A stretch of DNA of 53,875 bases from Octopus sinensis (Eukaryota), in the NCBI RefSeq assembly GCF_006345805.1, contig NW_021834838.1, positions 1 through 53,875 of the forward strand, read 5' to 3'. Each line of letters begins with the position of its first letter. Position 1 is the first letter of the stretch. A program made the translations under genes and the position numbers. The notes below the pieces were generated by a model. The model did no database searches and was not told the DNA's origin. It saw only the letters and a list, made by a program, of their open reading frames with translations. Of this stretch, positions 39,500 through 53,875 are shown piece after piece.

Positions 39500-39720
39500 A
39501 AAATTGATAGACTCGTTAGAGCGCCGGACAAAATGCCTTTCGATATTTATTCCGGCTCTTTATATTGTGAGTTCCATTTCCACCACCATCAAATTTACAT
39601 TTCATCCTTCCGGGGTTGAAAAGAAAATTAAAATAAAGTACCAGTCAAGTACTAATGTGGATGGAATCGATTAAGTTCTACCGATCAAAATGGTTGACCT
39701 CTTGCCTAAATCAGAAGCAA
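39500..39720 (+). mobile_element. Diverged SINE family B
   Basis: 'gttagagcgccggacaaaatgc...tttcatccttccggggttga...taaagtaccag'. Confidence 0.65.
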
Positions 39721-39769
39721 CCGTCACTATTATCATGCATGCGGATGATGGCAATACTAACAAGCAGAC

Positions 39770-43985
<4,216 letters not shown>

Positions 43986-44099
43986 TTCTATGTGGCTTGT
44001 TTAAGTTCTTCGTGTGGTTCGAGCTGCTCCCTAACATAGAAACAACACTTTTTGTGTTATAACTGATCCCGAGGTTTGTAAATATGTGGTTGAATTAAC

Positions 44100-44382
44100 T
44101 GGTACTCCGTCAGTTGCGACGACGAGTGTTCCATTTCATACGATCAACAGAACAGCTTGCTCGTGAAATTAACGTGCATGTGGCTGAGCACTCCACAGAC
44201 ACGCGTACTCTTAATCAAGGAGATTAAGTAAAACACAGGCCGGGATTAAGCTGGCCCTTTGAAATACAGGTTTTACTGGAGCACTGTGAGATAAAGTATC
44301 TTACAGGACACGATGCGTCGGTGGGAATCGAACTAACGACCTTATGATAGTGAGCCGAATAACATAATTACTAAGCTACGCA
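44100..44382 (-). mobile_element. SINE sharing the 3' tail of family C but with a different tRNA-like head
   Basis: 'gctcgtgaaattaacgtg...gctgagcactccacagacacg' is the reverse complement of the family C tail; head has B box 'gttcgattccc'. Confidence 0.75.
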
Positions 44383-44576
44383 TATATGTGTGTGAGAGAG
44401 GGAGACAGAGAGAGACAGAGAGATAGAAAGATAGAGAGAGAGCGCGACAGAGAGAGAGAGAGAGACAGACAGACAGAGAATGCTTGTGTATATGTACTTA
44501 TATGTTGGTTTATACACCTTTATATTAATGTTCTGTGTAAACATGTCTCTTGTTTGTGCACGTGCGTGTATGCGTG

Positions 44577-44611
<35 letters not shown>

Positions 44612-44679
44612 GTGTGTGTGTGTGTGCGCGTGTGTGTGTGTGAGTGAGCGATTACTCTTTATATGTCCTTGCAGATGCA

Positions 44680-44940
44680 CACAACGAGGGTTCCAGTTGA
44701 TCCAATCAACGGAGCATCCTGCTCGTGAAATTAACGTGGCTGAGTACTCCACAGACACACGTACTCTTAACGTAGTTCTCAGAAAGATAGAGTCTGTCAC
44801 AGAATGTGACAAGTCGGGCCCTATAAATTACGGGAACAATTCTTATTTGCCAGCTGAGTGGACTGGAGGAGCGTGAAATAAAGAGTTTTGACCAAGAACA
44901 CAACGCATTACCGGGAATTGAACTCTCGGCCTTACGTACA
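44680..44940 (-). mobile_element. Second copy of the family C-tail SINE
   Basis: Same tail; head with 'agttcaattccc...gtgttcttggtcaa'. Confidence 0.75.
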
Positions 44941-45342
44941 CAACCAAGTGTGTGCATATATTCATTTACAGAACCTCAGCTGAAAGATTGGGTTTGGAGG
45001 AAGCCCGTCAGTTTCTGTTGCTTTTCCTTATAAACTCTTAGCATTTCATGTATTCATAAAGTGTATCGTACGTATTTCACTCATGTTTCGAGAGGTTAAA
45101 ATTCCTAGATATGCGTACCACGAGAGCCCTATTTAAGACAGTGCCAACATTGCAGCTTCATAGGAGCCCGATTTCAGAGGCCACTTCAAAAACAGCAATC
45201 TGTCTATCATACTTAGTGCCAAGTATTTCGGCATTTGTTAGGAGATAACATCTGTTATGGAAGCGCTTCGTTAGAAACACGGTAAATATCGGAGGGAGGG
45301 ATATCACAAGGCTCCCCGGTAGCAGGCAGTATGAATGCTGGG

Positions 45343-45915
45343 TGCATCTCACTCTCTTTGGGCATCCTCAATGACATATACTCACAGCCAGCTGCATGCT
45401 TGGATGTCGTCATTTCAGACATAGGAAATAATGAATAAACTATTCACTGATGCTGCAAATAACTGCCCTGCTGAATAAAAATCAGGTATACGCAATTAAG
45501 GCAAAAATGAATTTAAAGTAGTCGTTATTCATATACGTCCACATTTAAAAATGTGGACGTATATGAACTAGGGCTCTTCCTGGCCCTGACTTGTACCGAT
45601 GAATATCTTTCATTCAATAATCTTCTATATGCTTGTCCCACCCGTAGCAAACGAGGTAGACCACCTACCATTACCTCGGCATACAAAAAGACCCATTGTG
45701 TACGTTGGCAGGGCTGGACGAAGCCAGACTACCCACCTTCAGATGCATTTCAGTCTCCTTGGGCATCCTCAATTACATCTACTCACAGCCAGCTACATGC
45801 TTGGATGTCGTAATCTCAGACATAGGAAATAATAAATAAACTATTCACTGATGCTGCAAATAACTGCCCAGCTGAATAAAAACCAGGTATACGCAATTAA
45901 GGCAAAAATGAATTT
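45343..45915. repeat. 172-bp direct duplication (45343-45514, 45744-45915)
   Basis: Colinear copies with scattered substitutions, offset 401 bp. Confidence 0.9.
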
Positions 45916-45942
45916 GGTCATTATTATATCATTTAGTATATA

Positions 45943-46337
45943 CTAGCAGTATCGCCCGGCGTTGCTCGGGTTTGTAAGGGAAATAACTATATAAGCATTT
46001 TTTAGAGAGTTATAGCCAAAAAATAGCAAAAAAATGCATTAAAAATAGAAAACAAATGATGGTAAATTTTTTTTTAATCGTTGACTCATCGTAGACATTT
46101 TTAGAGAGTTACTTCCCTTATATAATAGCGAAAAATGCATTAAAATGGAAAAAAATGATGGTAATTTTTTTTTAACCGTAGACTCATCGTAGACGCGCGC
46201 TAATACCCAGAAGGGCGCGATATGAATCACGACTATAAGATACCCGGTTTTGGTTAAACTGCACCGCAAAATATGGGAGTAGTTAGGAATCTAAATCGTA
46301 GGAGACAGACACACAACCTCTCTTTTATATAGAAAGA
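45943..46337 (-). mobile_element. Non-autonomous Helitron, complete
   Basis: Minus strand begins A|TCTTTCTATATAAAAG and ends cccgagcaacgccggg hairpin, 8 nt, CTAG|T; no TSD, A|T target. Confidence 0.88.
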
Positions 46338-46834
46338 TATCTACCGTTGATAAACTAGATTCTATTGTACTCTTCCTGAGATAAAACCTTTTGCAGATGC
46401 GCTAATTCTTATTTAAATCTGCCTCAATTACGTATACCAGGTTATCTTCAAAAATATTTTTCCTACGCTATGCGAATGAAAAAGTTAAAAATCTCAACAA
46501 TATGCACATAAAAAACACAGACTCTTACTTCCGGTTGTCATTTTCTTACAATTATCATTATAGACGACCAAATTTGATGTTAAGATCTGCAAATATTAAT
46601 TATTTATATTGCAGACAATTTCCATAATTTATCATGACTCGAATCAAATTTAGACTTTATCGGTCTTCAAATTCCTTTTAATCTGTAAACCGTTTAATTA
46701 GCTATTTGTTGGCGTTTAGACAGATTGTTTTTAAGCAATATTTTTCAGTGAACAAATAATAAAAGATTTTGAATGTCAATAAATTTTATTTCATAGATTT
46801 CTGTTTTAAGAACGCTAAATATTTGGCAAAACTG

Positions 46835-46981
46835 CATTATTGTTATTGTTATTATTATTGTGCTGTTGATGTTGTTATCATTATAATATTATTATTCTAT
46901 TATTATATTATATTATTATTATTATTATTATTATCATTATTATTATTATATTATTATCATCATCATCATCATCAATCATTA

Positions 46982-47027
<46 letters not shown>

Positions 47028-47195
47028 CAGTATTATATTATTATCATTTTATTATATTATCATAACATTTTATTATTATATTATTATCATCATCATTATT
47101 ATTATTATTATATTATTATTATTATCATCTCATATTATTATTATTACTATTATATTATTATTATTATTATATTATCATCATTATTATCATTATTA

Positions 47196-47226
<31 letters not shown>

Positions 47227-47463
47227 CATCATCATCATCATTATTATTATTATTATTATTATTATATTATTATTTTATTATTATTATTATCATCATCATT
47301 ATTATTATTATTATTACTATTATTATTATTATTATCATCATCATTATTATCATTATTATTATTATATTATTATTATTATTATTATCATCACATTATTATT
47401 ATTATTATTATTATTATTATCCTCATCATCATCATCATCATTATTATTATTATTATTATTATC
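46835..47463. repeat. (TTA)n/(TCA)n microsatellite
   Basis: Direct reading. Confidence 0.95.
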
Positions 47464-47804
47464 AAGGCGAGGAGCTGGCAAAATTTGCTTAGCGGTATTT
47501 CGCCTGTCGCTACGGTCTGGCTTCAATTTTTTAATCGACCGGTCACGTGTATTTACTGTAACGACTTTTACTCGCTGAACTCATATTTATAAATGGAACT
47601 TCTCAGCAATGCTTTTCAATGGAATTGAAGAAATATTTATTGCGTAAAATGCTGTTACTCAGATGTGTTGGTATGATCACAGAATTACGTAACAATCATT
47701 CATGTTTTCCCATTCTCGAGATTTGTTCAGCAGGGAAGCAACATCGTGTTGCTCAGAAGCAGTTTCTTTTTGAACTTAGTCCAGGCACTCTATCTTTTAT
47801 CTTT

Positions 47805-48203
47805 TCTTTTGCTCTTTTACTTGTTTCAGTCATTTTGACTGCGGCCATGCTGGAGCACCGCCTTTAGCCGAGCAAATCGACCCCGGGACTTATTCTTTTG
47901 TAAGCCCAGTACTTATTCTATCGGTCTCTTTTGCCGAACCGCTAAGTGACGGGGACGTAAACACAACAGCATCGGTTGTCAAGCAATGCTAGGGGGACAA
48001 ACACAGACACACAAACACATACATATATATATATATATATACGACAGGCTTCTTTCAGTTTCCGTCTACCAAATCCACTCACAAGGCATTGGTCGGCCCG
48101 GGGCTATACCAGAAGACACTTGCCCAAGATGCCATGCAGTGGGACTGAACCCGGAACCATGTGGTGGTTAGCAAACTACTTACCACACAGCCACTCCTGC
48201 GCC
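47805..48203 (-). mobile_element. SINE family A, full length
   Basis: Reverse complement of 24751-25152. Confidence 0.93.
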
Positions 48204-48850
48204 TATGTCTTTTTTTTCTTCTTTTTTTTTTTTTACTTTTTATATCCTCACCATTTCACCACAAGAAACTCTTGGCTCTGATCTTCTCGAAAAGATGTTT
48301 ATCCAGTGTCAAAGCCTAAAAGCTTGAGTAATACTCGGTGATGCTACTAATCCGATATAGCGAGCAAACACACTCGTAAACGCTTATGAAGAAATAATGG
48401 GCGTATTCTTTGATACATCTCAGAACAAAGATCAAAAATCAGAATTTCCTTTTACTACTACAGGTTCATGTGGTGAAATGTACGATTGAGAAATTATAAA
48501 TTTTTTTTAGTTTGTTTTACAGAGCTATTGAACGCATTCTTGCGGCTAATTCGACCAAAACAGGAAAACGTTGCAATCATAAACAGGCAACTTGTGACGT
48601 GATGTATTACAATCTACAGCTGGACAACCGAATCGACATGAAGAGAACCTATTTGACAGATTGATTTCATTATAAATGCGCTTCAATTTATGTGATGGTT
48701 TATGGCGGTACAGGTAGAGAGCGGGGACAAAGACTGATTGACCCCTAAAGGACTTTACGTTAAATTTAACATCATAATTTCATGAATCGGTGCCCCAGCA
48801 TGGTCACATTCTTAGGGCTGAAACATGTAAAAGAAGAAAAGCATAACAGA

Positions 48851-48907
<57 letters not shown>

Positions 48908-48929
48908 GTGTGTGTTTTGTGGTGTGTGT

Positions 48930-48963
<34 letters not shown>

Positions 48964-49005
48964 TGTGGGGTGTGTGTGTGTAAATAAATCACAATCTTTT
49001 TTTCT

Positions 49006-49210
49006 ACTCTAGACACAAGGCCCGAAATTTTGGGGGAGGGGGCCAGTCGATTAGATCAACCCAGTATGCAACTGGTACTTAATTTATCGACCCTGAAAGC
49101 ATGAAAGGCAAAGTCGACCTCGGCGGAATTTGAACTCAGAACGTAATAACAGACGAAATACCGCTAAGTATTTCACCCGGCGTGCTAACGTTTCTGCCAG
49201 CTCACCGCCT
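49006..49210 (-). mobile_element. SINE family B, full length, abutting (TAA)n
   Basis: Reverse complement of 14449-14657. Confidence 0.9.
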
Positions 49211-49214
49211 TACA

Positions 49215-49330
<116 letters not shown>

Positions 49331-49384
49331 TAATAATAATAATAAAATAATAATAATAATAATAATATAATAATATTAATAATG

Positions 49385-49421
<37 letters not shown>

Positions 49422-49426
49422 TATAC

Positions 49427-49489
<63 letters not shown>

Positions 49490-49491
<2 letters not shown>

Positions 49492-49805
49492 GAGACGGAT
49501 TCTTTGGGGGTTTGAATAATTCACCTCTGGAAACTTGGGTGTTTCGTTCAACATCCTTAAACAACCCTTATTCAGGGACCTTTTGAGCGAGATGGGTTAC
49601 TCGACCAGAAGAAAATTCTAACTGGGCCCCCACCTGCAAGGTCATGCACTGTTTATCTTGATATGAAATCACCATGTCTCGCACACATGGTTGTGATGCA
49701 TGTGTCTCGTGTACCCTTATCAGACGGGTAGTCATGACGAGTATACAGGGCTTCGTACATTTTACCCCAGTATCACTTTGATGGCATGCACTGCTCTCTC
49801 ACTCA
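49490..49805. mobile_element. Unclassified interspersed repeat, copy 2 (partial, inverted relative to copy 1)
   Basis: Reverse complement of 3828-4125. Confidence 0.8.
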
Positions 49806-49941
49806 AGAAGAAGAAGGAGGAGGAGGAGGAGGAGGAGGAGGAGGGGGTAGCAGGGGAGCAGGGGGAGAAGAAGAAGAAGAAGAAGAAGAAGGAGGAGGAG
49901 GAGGAGGAGGAGGAGGAGAAGAACAACAACAACAACAACAA

Positions 49942-49972
<31 letters not shown>

Positions 49973-50034
49973 ACAACTACAACAATAATCATCCTTTCTA
50001 GTTAAAGCAGAAGGAAAAGGAAATAGTCGCATAC

Positions 50035-50311
50035 ATCGACCCCAGTGTTTCACTGGTACTTATTTCATGGATCCCGAAAGGTTGAAAGGCAAAGTCGACC
50101 TCGGCGGCAATAATAAATAGCAAGAACGCTCTTTACGACTTGATTTTCAAACATTTTCTCTTCCGTCTAAGAAATAATTTCACTGAGAAATCTTTCGTCG
50201 TCCCGAAGCTACACTGGAAATATATTTACTCGCCCAAGGTACCACGCAAAAAAGGTTCAACCTCGAAAACACGTATTAAGGAAGCAAATTTCTAAACCAT
50301 ACAGCAATGCC

Positions 50312-50349
<38 letters not shown>

Positions 50350-50835
50350 CTCGCTTGAAAGTGTTTGTATTGGTCTAATGATCGATGTGCCTTTCTATTA
50401 TACTAATCTCTGTCATCAACAAGCAAACATGAGATTTGCATTTTATTGACCCCAGTGTTTCACTGGTACTTATTTCATGGACCCCGAAAGGATGAAAGGC
50501 AAAGTCGACCTCGGCAATAATAAATAGCAAGAACGCTCTTTACGACTTGATTTTCAAACATTTTCTCTTCCGTCTACGAAATAATTTCACTGAGAAATCT
50601 TTCGTCGTCTCGAAGCTACACTGAAAATATATTCACTCGCCCAAGGTACCACGCAAAAAAGGTTCAACCACGAAAACACGTATTAAGGAACCAAATTTCT
50701 AAACCATACAGCAATGCCTGCATATATATATATATTCAATCTCGCTTGAAAGTGTTTGTATTGGTCTATAGATCGATGTGCCTTTCTATTATACTAATCT
50801 TTGTCATCAACAAGCAAACATGAGATTTGCATTTT
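50035..50835. repeat. Tandem duplication, period about 410 bp (50035-50444, 50445-50835)
   Basis: Both copies begin in a SINE family B fragment and differ mainly in (TA)n length and a few substitutions. Confidence 0.92.
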
Positions 50836-51230
50836 TGTTTTCAATTCGAAGACATTTCAAGAACGCCATTACCATTAGCAGTTGTTTGTTTTATTGTTTC
50901 TTTTATGGTTTCTTTTTTCCTTTAATCTTTTCATTCGTTCGTCCACTACATAAATGCAGCCATCGTATTGATACCACATCCTGAATGTTACGCATTGACA
51001 TAAAAGAAGCAGACACGGAGGGGGGAAAAAGGAAATATAACCTTTCTTTTCAAGTGTCATCACGTTCTTATATTTATTCGGTATTAGTCTATCACTTATT
51101 GGCATCTTGATCTTTTGTAAACAGAGTAAAAATGAAATTGTCTAAAGAGAGACAAATGCAACAAACAACGACCGTTTAATGGGTAACTGTGTGCGTATGG
51201 TATAAACGGAAACACACATGTGTGTATAAA

Positions 51231-51279
<49 letters not shown>

Positions 51280-51994
51280 TATATATATGCATGATGTATA
51301 CACATGTACATATATAGATGTATATATTGGATATATACATCTATATAGCTGTATATCTATGCATATACATATATATGTGTGTATATATTCATATAGATAG
51401 ATAGATAGATATCTGTGTGTTTGTATATGATATATATATATATACATCTATTACATATTATATATATAATATCTATATATATATATATATATAATATGTA
51501 TGTATGTATGTATGCATGCTGTGTGTATGTATACAAATATACGTCTGCGCGTCAGTTTGTATATATTTATCTGTACTTTTATCGATTAAAGCATTCTTAT
51601 ATATATATATATATAGTATATATATATATATATATATATAAGATTTATATGAATGCTTCTATGTATATGTATATGTATATGCATATATATATACTTAAAT
51701 ACACACATCATACATGATATACATAACACATAGATACACTTAAATACCTACAAACATACATATACACATACTGGAATGCTCTCATATGTGTGCGTATGTG
51801 TCTTTGAAATAGAAAGTTCGTGTGTTTGCATATTTGGCGTATAAATGCATGTATGCTACATGTCTGTATGGTTAGTACACACCCTTTGGGTCGTGTTAAA
51901 ATGTTAACGCGCCACAGATGGGATAGCTTTCGGTTCCTCCTCGAAATCGATAAAATGAATACCAGTAATCATTTTTTTTTTTTTATGTTTAATT

Positions 51995-52449
51995 CTTTTA
52001 CTTGTTTCAGCCACGGGACTGCGGCCATTCTGGGGCATCAACCTGAAGGGTTTAATCGAATAAATCGATACCAGTACTCACACTAATACTCACAAATCTA
52101 ATACTTATTCTATGAGCTCATTTTCTTAACAGCTAAGTTACACAGACATAAACAAAGCAACACCGTTTTTCAGGCTGTGAAGGAACAAGTACAAACACGC
52201 GCTCAACACAAACACACACGCACTCCCATACATACTCTCACACAAGCACACACACACGCACATACATGTATATATACAGAATGGGATTCCACACAGTTTC
52301 CGTTTATCTAATTCGTTCGTAAGGCGTTGGCTCGATCTAGGATGTAATAGAAGACAGTTGGTCAAGATGCCACGCAGTGGGACTGAAACCGAAACCGCGT
52401 AGTTGGTAGTTGCTAAGCGAGCCTCTGAACCCTACAGCCATGCTTGCGC
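51995..52449 (-). mobile_element. SINE family A, diverged
   Basis: Colinear with 47805-48203. Confidence 0.8.
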
Positions 52450-52581
52450 ATGGCTGTGAAGCAAAATTTCCCAAAAACATTGCTAACAAGAGTAAATATG
52501 ATTCTGTGGCATTCATATACAGTCCAGTGATAATTGACAATATTACATAAAAGGAAATTAAATGTCATTTACTGAAATATT

Positions 52582-52784
52582 GGTTTCAAATTTTGGCACA
52601 AGGCCAGCAATTATGGGGAAAGTGTAAACCGATTTCATCGACTCCAGTACTCGACTGGTACTTATTTTATCGACTCCCAAAGGATGAAAGGCAAAGTCGG
52701 CTTCGGTGGAATTTGAACGAAGAGCATAAAGATGAACGAAATACCGGTAAGCATCTTATCCTGAATGCTAACGATTCTGCTAAC
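52582..52784 (-). mobile_element. SINE family B, diverged
   Basis: 'ctggtacttattttatcgac...aaaggatgaaaggcaaagtcg'. Confidence 0.82.
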
Positions 52785-53188
52785 TCTCTGTTTTAAATTT
52801 TTCCGGGTTCATAGGATTTTGCTCAAGGTGGCTTCGTCATTCATACGTGCCATCCTTGCTATATTCACCCATCTTTTTTTCAAACATTCGCTAGACAAGA
52901 AAAAAGAAAAAAATAAGAGAAAAAAAAAGGAAAAAAAGGAAAAGAAACAAGAGAAAAGAAAAAGGAAAAAAGAAGAAAAAAGAGGAAAAAAGGGGAAGAG
53001 GAAAAAAAAACGATCAATAGGGATCGTGTATCACAGTGTCATGATGTACGGTGTAAAGGGGGAAGCAGGTAAGGTTTATCCGTGGGAAGAAAAGCCTAAG
53101 AAAAAGACCACAGTAACCTCGGTCAATATTGTTATATGTTACCACATTTGTTTGCAAGTGGGTAACCCTCTGTTTTCAATTTCTACGT

Positions 53189-53875
53189 TCATAGGATTAT
53201 GCTCAAGGTGGCTTCGTCATTCATACGTGCCATCCTTGCTATATTCACCCATCTTTTTTTAAAACATTCGGTAGACAAAACTTGCCGCTCTACTCTCACT
53301 TTCCTTTTCAAGTGATACTTGAAGAAGTTGATGAGAGATTGATCAGAGAGGAAAGCGTTTGTCTCCAATCCTTTCAGGCGCATCCACCAGATACATTCTT
53401 TCGCCGTAGCCACAAGAATGTTGAAAATAGATCTTCCTTCCCGTTTGAAGTAAGGAGGCGTGACGATATTGACGATAGATTCGGCTGATAAACCGACTCG
53501 TCCCACACGTGACAGCAATCGTTCGACATAAGCCCACAGGTCGGAAATGGTTGAACACTGCCCGAGTGCGTGCAGAACGGTTTCGTCGTTCTGACCGCAA
53601 CTCGGGCAGGTCGGCCCCGTGTTTCTCGAGCCGTGTCTGTAGACCTTATCCCGAACGGGTAGCGCTTCTCGGTAGCACTGCCACGCCAGGGATCTCTGGA
53701 AGTTGTCCAAGGGCCCTGGCCCGAAAGTCGTCCTGAACAAGCGGGTCAGGTATTTCTCATCGACGTCCAGGTTCGCCCCGAGATCGTCGTCGTACCTCCC
53801 CTCCACAAATCCCCTATAGAATGCTTTAGTTGTGTTGAAGTCGCTCAAGGTCGACCCGGGACGGCATAGTTGCTT
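53189..53875 (-). mobile_element. L1/Tx1-type LINE ORF2 C-terminus (CCHC zinc-binding region), continuing beyond the window
   Basis: Uninterrupted 219+ codon frame with 'AWQCYREALPV...CPSCGQNDETVLHALGQC...W' and 'IWWMR' motifs; GC-richer than the flanks; putative 3' UTR at about 52900-53188. Confidence 0.85.

Noticed and set aside
49565-49640. Possible HDV-like ribozyme in the unclassified repeat
   Set aside because: Could not build the P1/P3/P1.1 nested pseudoknot by eye

Overview
Eukaryotic, AT-rich, repeat-saturated genomic DNA, most likely from an octopus (inferred from the SINE families and the extreme microsatellite load). No complete protein-coding gene is present. Nearly all six-frame ORFs are translations of (TA)n, (TACA)n, (GATA)n, (TAA)n, (GAT)n, (GGT)n and (CT)n tracts. 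The recognisable content is mobile DNA: three tRNA-derived SINE families (several copies with intact TSDs), R4/Dong-type non-LTR fragments often beside (TAA)n, two L1/Tx1-type ORF2 fragments, two non-autonomous Helitrons, and a hAT-type MITE inside a 41-bp minisatellite. The most interesting features are (i) two type I hammerhead ribozyme motifs in short elements inserted in microsatellites (27673-27771 canonical; 3162-3199 minimal variant), (ii) a 386-bp near-perfect palindromic TGT...ACA element with a 4-bp TSD whose arms each carry a perfect five-unit heat-shock element and a CRE site, and (iii) a SINE inserted in antisense into a copy of its own family. Several short, phase-compatible candidate exons on the minus strand may be alternative 3' ends of a host gene, but this is unverified.
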